Assembly (NCBI GenBank): GCA_045654485.1
Contig: JAZONN010000005.1
Location: forward strand, 2,105 to 66,104
Direction of reading: 5' to 3'
Source of the DNA: Candidatus Enterousia sp.
GTDB lineage: Bacteria; Pseudomonadota; Alphaproteobacteria; Rs-D84
Length of the DNA: 64,000 nt
Shown: piece by piece, positions 1 through 7,387 of the stretch
Layout: every line of letters begins with the position of its first letter
Numbering within the stretch: position 1 is the stretch's first letter
Made by a program: the position numbers and the translations under genes
The notes under the pieces: model-generated
Database searches by the model: none
What the model was told of the DNA's origin: nothing
Seen by the model: only the letters and a program-made list of their open reading frames with translations

Positions 1-1391
1 AAATTAAACTCTACGCCATCTGGGCGGATAAATTGATACCAATTAATCTGCATGCGTCCAATGGCTTTATATGGCCCCGGCAATTCGCCTGTAACATAGC
101 CCAACATTAATGTGCCGGCCGGAATAATAATGGTGCGGCCATTGTCCGAGTATACGTTTCTGTCCACGGTTGCACGAACAGGCAAAGGTTTACCTTTTTC
201 GAATACATCGGCATCGGCGCGAACGTCCGAAACAATTGTTGCCGGAATTGGTTTGAATTGACGCAATACGAACGTGCGATCATATGGTTGTGTTGAAATA
301 ACGGCTCTTCGGATACCCGAAGTACCGTAATATACATCTTCCTTTTTGCGGAAAATGGAATCTTTGCGTGATTCCCAACCTTGGGCGCCCAATCGTGCGG
401 CGCCCCCGCTTTGTGCTGTGCCATCATTTGCGGCTGCACGCACGACTGGTGTGATTGCCGGTTCGTTTGATAGTTTTGGCATTTCGCCAATAATAATTGC
501 GCCGTATCCAATATGGTCGGCATCGGTTCCGATTTTTTTTGCCGGATTGTCTATGTCACTAATTATGCCGTTGTCTGGATTGTACGTGCCCGTTGGGTTT
601 CTGCAATCACGATCCGAATAAGGATAGAAATTATAAATACCGCCTTCGGGTTTTATCCAACCGATTTGACGTCCGCTTAAATCATAGCCGGGAAACGAAA
701 AGTCCGAACATGCATCAAAGCTCAACTTAAATTTATTATCGCTTTTGGGTGCGGGGGCCGGCATTGGTTCCGGTTCTGGTTCGGGTTCCGGCTCTGGTAT
801 TGGTTCTGGTTCGAACACCGGTTCTGGCACCACTATTGGTTCTGGCTCTGGTATTGGTTCTGGTTCCGGTTCTGGTTCGGGTTCTGGTGTACCAACGGCA
901 CCGACCTTAATTAATATTTGGTCTGTCTTGTATGTGTCGCTTGTTTCATTTATGTCGTGATATTTAATCAAAATCATCACGTCCTGTGGTTCGGCCGGTC
1001 GCTTTGGGTTATATTTTAATTCTAATTCGCAACTTAAATTTTCGTTAATTTCTTGAATAGTTTGACAAGAACCACCAATCGTTAAGTCACTCAACTTTTT
1101 ATCTGACGTTATGTCAATAATGTTAACCGCATCTGTTGCCTTGATGTGATAAATGGTGCTTGCCGTCTGGCCAACTTTTATGGCCTGCCAATCCAATGGT
1201 TTATCTGTGCTTGGGCTAATTTCAAGGTTTATTTCCACCGGTGCGGCTACTTCACTATTTTCCTTGTTATTGCCCAACAAAGAAACCAACAATATAACCA
1301 CGGTTATAATCGCCACAATAAGCAGTACCCACAATATAGGTTTTGGTGTATTCTTTTTTATTTCTGCAAACTGCTGCTTTAAATTACTCAT
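1..1391 (-). CDS. virB10: Type IV secretion VirB10/TrbI-family protein (C-terminus runs off the window start)
   Basis: Minus-strand frame is open from ATG 1391 to base 1. It is absent from the ORF track because it has no stop in the window. My translation begins [39 protein letters not shown] (one N-terminal TM). It continues through a (PE)n proline-rich tract. It ends in ...[62 protein letters not shown]...[18 protein letters not shown], typical of the TrbI/VirB10 barrel domain. It lies directly downstream of virB8-virB9. Confidence 0.85.
   Translation of the reverse strand, partial: MSNLKQQFAEIKKNTPKPILWVLLIVAIITVVILLVSLLGNNKENSEVAAPVEINLEISPSTDKPLDWQAIKVGQTASTIYHIKATDAVNIIDITSDKKLSDLTIGGSCQTIQEINENLSCELELKYNPKRPAEPQDVMILIKYHDINETSDTYKTDQILIKVGAVGTPEPEPEPEPEPIPEPEPIVVPEPVFEPEPIPEPEPEPEPEPMPAPAPKSDNKFKLSFDACSDFSFPGYDLSGRQIGWIKPEGGIYNFYPYSDRDCRNPTGTYNPDNGIISDIDNPAKKIGTDADHIGYGAIIIGEMPKLSNEPAITPVVRAAANDGTAQSGGAARLGAQGWESRKDSIFRKKEDVYYGTSGIRRAVISTQPYDRTFVLRQFKPIPATIVSDVRADADVFEKGKPLPVRATVDRNVYSDNGRTIIIPAGTLMLGYVTGELPGPYKAIGRMQINWYQFIRPDGVEFN
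747..890. repeat. Imperfect GGTTCN hexanucleotide tract encoding the Pro-Glu/Pro-Ile linker of VirB10
   Basis: Plus strand reads ggttccggttctggttcgggttccggctctggtattggttctggttcg... On the minus strand this encodes [47 protein letters not shown]. Confidence 0.85.
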
Positions 1392-1434
1392 TCCCTCGAC
1401 CCCAACCAATAAAGTTTACATTTTTTCTAAATTT

Positions 1435-2982
1435 TTACTGCATACGCACCACGTGACAAGGTGACTTTCCGCCGGTTTGCTTGATTAATTTGTTGCACAA
1501 TGTTTGCGCTTCATCAATTGTCGCAATTGGACCAATACGAAGGCGGTATAGGCGTGCGGTTGATGCACCGGCACCTAAATCCCCAATGCCTTGTTCGTCG
1601 ACGGCAAAAAATACATCGTCTACATATGGTGTTAATAAACCGGATTCGGCACCTGAAAAGCGTGCTAACAATTCGCTCCAATATTGATCTAATGCATCAA
1701 CCGAAGTGTCGGATTGTAATTCAACCGCAACACCAGATTGATTGCTTGCGATAACTGGAATATTATTTTGTGGCAAATATGCGCCTGCTGTATTCCTTTG
1801 TGTTGGTAACATGTTTATAACACTGCCTGTGCCGGTTGCGGGCAATTGTGTTGGTATACCGTATCCCGCAGGCATATAATAACCCGCCCCGTTTACTGGG
1901 TTAGTTGCCGGTGTGTTGCCGACATATACAGGTGTTCCTGTGTAATTTGTTCCCATACTCATTGCGGCCATACTATCGGTATATGCGATATTGTTCAATG
2001 ATTGGCCCGATAACATACTTTGTGCAACGTTTGCCTCGGCCAAAGCCATAACGGATGCGGTATCTGCGATTAAGAATGGTTTTTCACGTTTTTTTATACA
2101 TACAATTCTTTGGCCACTGCGTAATACCATATCGCCAACCGCCTCTACGATTAACAAGCGGCCGTCTTCACCATCTGTGCGAAATCCAACGGGGGATTCG
2201 CCACCTTCTACCAACAAAGATACAACCGGTCTTTGTGTCATAGAAATTACTTTGTCGCCAAAATCAATGTATGTGAAAATACGATCACGCCATACACGTT
2301 CTGGTGCAATTACATAATCGTCTGGATTTGGTACGTATATATCTAAATCAAAGCGGAATTCAGATGGGTCGATTTTCATTGATTTTATCCATCCATAATC
2401 TTCGCCATCAACACCAACAGTAACCGGCCCGCTAGATTTTTTTGTGAATATAGAACCTGCGCCGCCGCTGGCTTTCTGGCCACCGGCCGATGCGATTGCT
2501 GGTGTATTGCCATCTAATACAACATCTACTTGGGAATATGTAATTTCACTGGCGTTTGCTGGCTCGGCACGTAAATAGAAAATATATCTATTGCCTGAAT
2601 TGCCGGTCACGATCATATTTGTGTCAGAACCATAGTTGTCGGTTGCTGGGCTAATAAACATTGTTTTATCGCCTTGGGTTGCGTCAACCACGAATTGACC
2701 GCTATCTCCGATTTGGATATCAGATATTTGTTCGCCCATTGGCAGATTGACCATGGTCAACATCCCGTTACGCAATTTGATTGGTAAAACCGAACCCTGA
2801 GACCAAGCCAACTGGGCATACCCCGGTTTTATACTGCCACTGGCCATATTGGCGGTTGGGTTGTCCCATGCGTATTGAACACCGTTACCTGGCTCGGCAA
2901 ATGCATCCCAAGATGCACACGTTAATAGCCCGACAACTGCGAACGCCAAAACATTGCCCATAAATACTTTTGACCGGTTCAT
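1435..2982 (-). CDS. virB9: Type IV secretion VirB9/TrbG/CagX-family protein with long C-terminal extension ending in a SPOR-like domain
   Basis: Signal peptide MNRSKVFMGNVLAFAVVGLLTCASWDAFA. VirB9 N-domain pattern: LTMVNLPMGEQISDIQIGDSGQFVVDATQGDKTMFISPATDNYGSDTNMIVTGNSGNRYIFYLRA. VirB9 C-domain pattern: RIFTYIDFGDK...RPVVSLLVEGGESPVGFRTDGEDGRLLIVEAVGDMVLRSGQRIVCIKK. A G/T/P/N-rich linker and a SPOR-like tail (ARLYRLRIGPIATIDEAQTLCNKLIKQTGGKSPCHVV) follow. I prefer ATG 2982, preceded by AGGAAGG, over the TTG at 2988 used by the ORF track. Confidence 0.88.
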   Translation of the reverse strand: MNRSKVFMGNVLAFAVVGLLTCASWDAFAEPGNGVQYAWDNPTANMASGSIKPGYAQLAWSQGSVLPIKLRNGMLTMVNLPMGEQISDIQIGDSGQFVVDATQGDKTMFISPATDNYGSDTNMIVTGNSGNRYIFYLRAEPANASEITYSQVDVVLDGNTPAIASAGGQKASGGAGSIFTKKSSGPVTVGVDGEDYGWIKSMKIDPSEFRFDLDIYVPNPDDYVIAPERVWRDRIFTYIDFGDKVISMTQRPVVSLLVEGGESPVGFRTDGEDGRLLIVEAVGDMVLRSGQRIVCIKKREKPFLIADTASVMALAEANVAQSMLSGQSLNNIAYTDSMAAMSMGTNYTGTPVYVGNTPATNPVNGAGYYMPAGYGIPTQLPATGTGSVINMLPTQRNTAGAYLPQNNIPVIASNQSGVAVELQSDTSVDALDQYWSELLARFSGAESGLLTPYVDDVFFAVDEQGIGDLGAGASTARLYRLRIGPIATIDEAQTLCNKLIKQTGGKSPCHVVRMQ

Positions 2983-3026
2983 AATCAATCCTTCCTGTTT
3001 TCTTTTAATGTGTTATAGCACTATTT

Positions 3027-3695
3027 TTATTCCATGTCCAGCGGATCTGTCTGCCCATCTACAACTTTGTATTGTATTACTTTTAGTCCCAATGGGTTAT
3101 CTAATCTGTTTTTCCACTTTAATTTCGTTTTATCTGTTGCAATGTCGATTTGTATTTTATAGGAAGTATCGGTTGTTTTGCCATATTTATCTATGCATCG
3201 ATAATTTATTCCGGCTTGATATCTTTCTTGGTTTTTTGTGTTTAAATCGACGGTTAATGGCAATGTTTCTGTAATGATAACACTACAAGTTTTATCTGGG
3301 GTTGTGTTGCCCATATATTTTCTAAATGCGTTTGTTTTTGTAAAAGTATTATATACCGTATCGTCCGACCATATGCGAATTGCGCCGTCGTTGCTATTCC
3401 ATTTTTTTTGCATCGCATTCTGATTTGCATAGATTTCGTTTCTGTGTTGGATATATTCATTAACAAATGTGACTTTATAGTTTTTTAACGCTTCATCGCT
3501 TTTTGGTATATGATTTACCACTTGGACATCTTGGTTTTCACGATTGGATGTGCGTAAAAAGAAAATTTGTGGTCTGTCTAAGGGGAACATACTGTATACC
3601 GTGGTGCCTAAAACACCCAAAGTCACCACCAATCCAGTCAAAATAAAAGTGGTAATTCTTGTCTGTAAAACATTGGGTTCTGTGCGTGTTGTCAC
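3027..3695 (-). CDS. virB8: Type IV secretion VirB8-family protein
   Basis: Short cytoplasmic tail, one TM (ITTFILTGLVVTLGVLGTTVY) and a periplasmic domain with VirB8-like signatures (LKNYKVTFVNEYIQHRNEIY; C-terminal NPLGLKVIQYKVVD). I prefer GTG 3695, preceded by AAGGAGA at 3701-3707. The ORF-track start at 3812 would read through the promoter region. Confidence 0.8.
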   Translation of the reverse strand: MTTRTEPNVLQTRITTFILTGLVVTLGVLGTTVYSMFPLDRPQIFFLRTSNRENQDVQVVNHIPKSDEALKNYKVTFVNEYIQHRNEIYANQNAMQKKWNSNDGAIRIWSDDTVYNTFTKTNAFRKYMGNTTPDKTCSVIITETLPLTVDLNTKNQERYQAGINYRCIDKYGKTTDTSYKIQIDIATDKTKLKWKNRLDNPLGLKVIQYKVVDGQTDPLDME

Positions 3696-3719
3696 GGCGT
3701 CTCTCCTTCTAATAAAACA

Positions 3720-3749
3720 ATTGTAGAAAAAAATATAACCCCTGTGCAA
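3720..3749 (-). promoter_or_regulatory. Putative sigma70 promoter of the virB8-9-10 operon (TTGCAC-N18-TACAAT)
   Basis: The minus strand reads cTTGCACaggggttatatttttttcTACAATtg about 25 nt upstream of the virB8 SD/GTG. This is a motif match only. Confidence 0.4.
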
Positions 3750-3801
3750 GGAAAATTTTGTAAAATCATATATGTTTGTATGCGTGTTTATGAAAATGTT
3801 C

Positions 3802-3830
3802 TTGCGTGTCAAAGTAAAAAATATTATAAT
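3802..3830 (+). promoter_or_regulatory. Putative sigma70 promoter for tRNA-Trp-secE-nusG (TTGCGT-N17-TATAAT)
   Basis: The plus strand reads cTTGCGTgtcaaagtaaaaaatatTATAAT about 90 nt upstream of tRNA-Trp. This is a motif match only. Confidence 0.4.
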
Positions 3831-3921
3831 ATTTCCACTTGCTTTTTTGTATTGGTGTGGTATCCTGTTGCGGACTGTTGTATCGGCGATCGGTGCAAAA
3901 AACAGGTAATATTAGATATTT

Positions 3922-3995
3922 AGGGGCATAGTTCAACGGTAGAATATCGGTCTCCAAAACCGCGGATGAGGGTTCGATTCCTTCTGCCCCTGCCA
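3922..3995 (+). tRNA. tRNA-Trp (anticodon CCA), CCA end encoded
   Basis: Sequence AGGGGCATAGTTCAACGGTAGAATATCGGTCTCCAAAACCGCGGATGAGGGTTCGATTCCTTCTGCCCCTGCCA. The 7-bp acceptor stem, D arm, anticodon loop CTCCAAA and T loop TTCGATT can all be folded by hand. The position upstream of secE-nusG is classical. Confidence 0.95.
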
Positions 3996-4057
3996 TGTTT
4001 TTTTGTGTGTCTGGTATAGTGGTTGTGGTTAATTTACGTAAATAACGGGCAATTTTT

Positions 4058-4237
4058 ATGAAGAAAATGCTGGAATTTTTTAAATCTGTTCGTGCCGAAT
4101 GGTTTAAGATTGTGTGGCCATCACGCGACAGTGTTGTTCGTGCAACAATTATGATATTGGTGTTTTCGGGGCTGGCTGCATTGTTTTTCTTTGCGGTTGA
4201 CAGTATTCTGAACGCAATTGTTGGTTGGGTTTTCTAA
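4058..4237 (+). CDS. secE: Preprotein translocase subunit SecE (59 aa, single TM)
   Basis: This ORF is below the ORF-track cutoff. It translates as MKKMLEFFKSVRAEWFKIVWPSRDSVVRATIMILVFSGLAALFFFAVDSILNAIVGWVF. It lies between tRNA-Trp and nusG. Confidence 0.9.
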   Translation: MKKMLEFFKSVRAEWFKIVWPSRDSVVRATIMILVFSGLAALFFFAVDSILNAIVGWVF

Positions 4238-4258
4238 TATAGGCAAAGGAAGCGTAAG

Positions 4259-4792
4259 ATGGAAGAAAGAATGCAATGGTTTGTTGTGAATGTTCATACA
4301 AGTTGCGAAGATAAAGTTGCGCGTGGTCTGCGTGAACAAATTGATAAACGTCGTTTGAATGCTTATTTTGGTGAAATTTTGGTTCCAACACGTGAAGTAA
4401 CTGAAATTAAAGCGGGTAAACGTGTTAAGAGTGAGAAGAAGTTCTTTCCGGGTTATATCGTTGTTCAAATGGTTATGAATAACGAAACGTTTACATTGGT
4501 TAAGCAGATTCCTCAGGTTGTTATGTTCTTGGGTGCAAAAAATAAACCAATCGCTGTTAGTGAAGAAGAAGCCCGTCGCTTGTTAAAGCAAGTAGAAGAG
4601 GGTGCGGTTGTTATGGATGATGTTGAATACGAAGTTGGTCAAGAAGTTCATGTTATTGATGGGCCGTTTGCTGGCTTTAATGGTGTGGCATCCGAAGTTG
4701 ACAATGTAAAACAAAAAATGACTGTGACGGTTTTGGTCTTTGGTCGTGAAACCAGTATGGATTTGGAATTTAATCAAGTCGAAAGGGTATAG
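4259..4792 (+). CDS. nusG: Transcription termination/antitermination factor NusG
   Basis: N-terminal NGN domain (WFVVNVHTSCEDKV...) and C-terminal KOW motif (VHVIDGPFAGFNGVASEV). Synteny is secE-nusG-rplK. Confidence 0.96.
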   Translation: MEERMQWFVVNVHTSCEDKVARGLREQIDKRRLNAYFGEILVPTREVTEIKAGKRVKSEKKFFPGYIVVQMVMNNETFTLVKQIPQVVMFLGAKNKPIAVSEEEARRLLKQVEEGAVVMDDVEYEVGQEVHVIDGPFAGFNGVASEVDNVKQKMTVTVLVFGRETSMDLEFNQVERV

Positions 4793-4906
4793 TTCCAAAG
4801 CAAAAGATTTTTGTGGTTTTCTGAAAAAATTCATGTAAAATCACAGCAAACCGTGGTAGATACGCCATATCGTACCACGACACAAACGAAAAAAACGGAG
4901 TGAAAA

Positions 4907-5338
4907 ATGGCAAAAAAAGAAGTTAAGGGATTGGTTAAATTGGTCGTCCCTGCAAAACAAGCAAATCCTGCGCCTCCTATTGGTCCTGCGTTGGGTGCTG
5001 CTGGTGTAAACATCGCAGAATTCTGCAAACAGTTTAACGACAAAACATCTGATAAAGAACCTGGAATGCCAATTCCATGTATTATCACTGTTTATACAGA
5101 TCGCAGTTTCGAATTTATTATGAAATTGCCACCTGTGTCGTACTACATTAAAAAGGCCTTGAAACTGAAAATCGGTTCTCATAAACCAGGTCGTGATTTT
5201 GTTGGTACATTGTCTCGTGCGCAATTGCAAGAAATTGCCGAAGCAAAAATGCCTGACTTGAATTGCTCTTCCATTGAATCTGCTATGAATATTGTTGCGG
5301 GTCAATGCCGTTCTATGGGCGTAAAGGTAGAGGAGTAA
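4907..5338 (+). CDS. rplK: 50S ribosomal protein L11
   Basis: The sequence MAKKEVKGLVKLVVPAKQANPAPPIGPALGAAGVNIAEFCKQFN is unmistakable L11. Confidence 0.98.
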   Translation: MAKKEVKGLVKLVVPAKQANPAPPIGPALGAAGVNIAEFCKQFNDKTSDKEPGMPIPCIITVYTDRSFEFIMKLPPVSYYIKKALKLKIGSHKPGRDFVGTLSRAQLQEIAEAKMPDLNCSSIESAMNIVAGQCRSMGVKVEE

Positions 5339-5342
5339 TATC

Positions 5343-6017
5343 ATGAAACTGACAAAAAAACAGCAAACTTGGAAAAATTTGGATGCCGACAAAGTTTATT
5401 CTTTGGCCGATGCAATCGAAGTATTGCGTGAATATGCATCTAAAAAATTTGATGAAACATTGGAAATCGCTATCCGTTTGGGTATCGATGTAACCAAGGC
5501 CGACCAAAACATTCGTGGTATGTTGTCTTTGCCAAATGGTACAGGTAAATCTGTACGTGTTGCTGTATTCACAGCCAATGCGCAAGACGAAGCCAAGAAA
5601 GCGGGTGCGGACGTTGTTGGTGGTGAAGAATTGATTGATTCTGTTGCTGCGGGTAACATCAACTTTGATCGTGTAATCGCAACACCAGACATGATGCCAA
5701 AAATGTCAAAAATCGCACGTGTATTGGGTCCAAAGGGCTTGATGCCGAACCCAAAACTGGGCACGGTTACAAACAATGTTGCAGAAGCGGTTGCCAATGC
5801 AAAAGCGGGTCAAATTGAATACCGTGCTGAAAAGAAAGGTATCATCCACGCTGGTATTGGTAAAATGTCTTTCTCTACAGAAAAATTGGTTGAAAATGCA
5901 AATGCATTGATTGATCAATTAAAGAAAGTAAAACCATCTACATCCAAAGGTCAATATATCTTGGGTATTTCGGTTGCTACAACCCAAGGCCCAGGTTTGA
6001 AGGTAGATGCAAAATAA
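5343..6017 (+). CDS. rplA: 50S ribosomal protein L1
   Basis: L1-like sequence (FDETLEIAIRLGIDVTKADQNIRG...) and operon position. Confidence 0.98.
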   Translation: MKLTKKQQTWKNLDADKVYSLADAIEVLREYASKKFDETLEIAIRLGIDVTKADQNIRGMLSLPNGTGKSVRVAVFTANAQDEAKKAGADVVGGEELIDSVAAGNINFDRVIATPDMMPKMSKIARVLGPKGLMPNPKLGTVTNNVAEAVANAKAGQIEYRAEKKGIIHAGIGKMSFSTEKLVENANALIDQLKKVKPSTSKGQYILGISVATTQGPGLKVDAK

Positions 6018-6204
6018 TTAAATGCGATTGGGGAAATAAAACTCTCCAATCGCATAACAGATTTCTGTCCATGACTGATGGTGCGGCAACGCTTAATTCC
6101 CATCATAGACAAAGAGAAAATTCTTTGGGGCAGGAACCTCAGCCCCATCCCAGAGCAATCTGGATGGAAAGTTAACAAAAACAGAAGCTTGAAGGAATAA
6201 ACAG
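6018..6204 (+). promoter_or_regulatory. Structured rplA-rplJ spacer, candidate L10 (rplJ) autoregulatory leader
   Basis: This 187-nt non-coding spacer has a 10-bp hairpin (6022-6031 with 6046-6055, atgcgattgg/ccaatcgcat) and further stems (ctgatgg...ccatcat; ggggc...gcccc). Many bacteria carry an L10 leader here. I have not confirmed a match to that family. Confidence 0.3.
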
Positions 6205-6684
6205 ATGAAACGCGAAGAAAAATCAGATTTGATTTCAGCGTTACAGTCGTCCCTGAAAGAAGCAAACGGTGTTTTCGTTGTTGAAAACCATGGTTTGACT
6301 GTAAAAGAATTCGAAGAATTGCGCAATGAATTGCGTCCAATGGTTTCGTTATTCAAAGTTGTCAAAAACCGTTTGATGAAGTTGGCATTGAAAGATACCG
6401 ACTTTGAACCTGTGTCTGAATTTATGAAACGTCCAACGGCTGTTGCGGTTGCAACTGACGGTTTGGCGGTTACCAAAGTTTTGGCAAAATTTGCCGAAGC
6501 GCACCCAAATTTAACAATTTTGGGCGGTAAAATGGACGCAGACGTTCTGGATGTAGACGGCGTATTGCAATTATCCAAGCTTCCTTCCCTGTTGGAAATC
6601 CGTGGCACTATCGCACGTATCTTGGTCGAACCAGGTTCACGTTTGGCACGTGTTTCAGCAGAGTATGGAAAAAAAGAACAATAA
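6205..6684 (+). CDS. rplJ: 50S ribosomal protein L10
   Basis: L10-like sequence and position upstream of rplL. Confidence 0.96.
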   Translation: MKREEKSDLISALQSSLKEANGVFVVENHGLTVKEFEELRNELRPMVSLFKVVKNRLMKLALKDTDFEPVSEFMKRPTAVAVATDGLAVTKVLAKFAEAHPNLTILGGKMDADVLDVDGVLQLSKLPSLLEIRGTIARILVEPGSRLARVSAEYGKKEQ

Positions 6685-6732
6685 AATCAGAATATTATAT
6701 TCTGACCTAAAACAAAAATTAGGAGTATAAAA

Positions 6733-7098
6733 ATGGCAGACATTCAAAAATTAGTTGAAGAATTGTCAAAATTGAGCGTTTTGGAAGCAGTTGAATTGTC
6801 CAAAGCGTTGGAAGAAACATGGGGCGTAAGTGCCGCTGCTGCTGTTGCAGTTGCTGCTGGTCCTGTTGCTGCGGCTGCAGAAGAAAAGACAGAATTTGAT
6901 GTTATCTTGTCTGATGTTGGCGCAAACAAATTGGCTGTTATCAAAGCTGTAAAAGACATCACTGGTTTGGGCTTGGGCGAAGCAAAAGCTTTGGTTGAAT
7001 CCGCACCAAAAGCTGTCAAAGAAGCTGTTGCAAAAGACGAAGCAGAAAAATTGAAAGCAGCATTAGAAGCAGCGGGCGCCAAAGTCGAAATGAAATAA
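6733..7098 (+). CDS. rplL: 50S ribosomal protein L7/L12
   Basis: Ala-rich hinge followed by [47 protein letters not shown]. Confidence 0.98.
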   Translation: MADIQKLVEELSKLSVLEAVELSKALEETWGVSAAAAVAVAAGPVAAAAEEKTEFDVILSDVGANKLAVIKAVKDITGLGLGEAKALVESAPKAVKEAVAKDEAEKLKAALEAAGAKVEMK

Positions 7099-7160
7099 TT
7101 CATATCGACGGGACCGCATGGTTCTGAAAAATCTGTCGTACAAATGTATGACAAAACGCC

Positions 7161-7189
7161 GCCCGCGTGGGAATTTTTCCCATGCGGGC
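7161..7189 (+). promoter_or_regulatory. 12-bp hairpin in the rplL-rpoB spacer (possible attenuator or processing site)
   Basis: Arms gcccgcgtggga and tcccatgcgggc flank the loop atttt. There is no U-tract after it, so it is not a strong terminator. A partial terminator at this position is known in E. coli. Confidence 0.35.
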
Positions 7190-7387
7190 ATACCGGCGTA
7201 AAAGACGTATGTTAAAATATACACAAGACAACAGCAGGGCAAAAAGGAGATTGTTAAATAAATTGTGGTCTGGTAATTCATTCTTAATTATCCGACATCT
7301 TTGATGAAAATATTCACAATTTATTTAAGAATTTTCTTTTTGCCCCGCTTCGTTTGCAAAACACACAGAAAAAAAGGATTAAAACCG

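Noticed and set aside
107-621. ORFs 107-523 (-) and 346-621 (+) at the left edge.
   Set aside because: Both overlap the open-ended virB10 frame, whose translation gives a recognisable TrbI/VirB10 domain. Their own translations look like out-of-frame or antisense noise.
745-960. A 71-aa Gly-Ser-rich ORF on the plus strand ([16 protein letters not shown]...).
   Set aside because: It is the antisense reading of the hexanucleotide tract that encodes the VirB10 Pro-Glu linker. It has no SD and lies fully inside the better-supported minus-strand virB10 frame.
4841-7154. Minus-strand ORFs inside the ribosomal protein genes (4841-5392, 5396-5797, 6093-6608, 6744-7154).
   Set aside because: They are antisense shadows of rplK, rplA, rplJ and rplL. 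The Ala-rich rplL hinge gives an open antisense frame. No independent support.
7301-7387. A 29-codon N-terminal extension of rpoB starting at TTG 7301.
   Set aside because: The extension (MMKIFTIYLRIFFLPRFVCKT...) is hydrophobic junk unlike any RpoB N-terminus. ATG 7388 gives the conserved MAVIQKLRKSFGK start.
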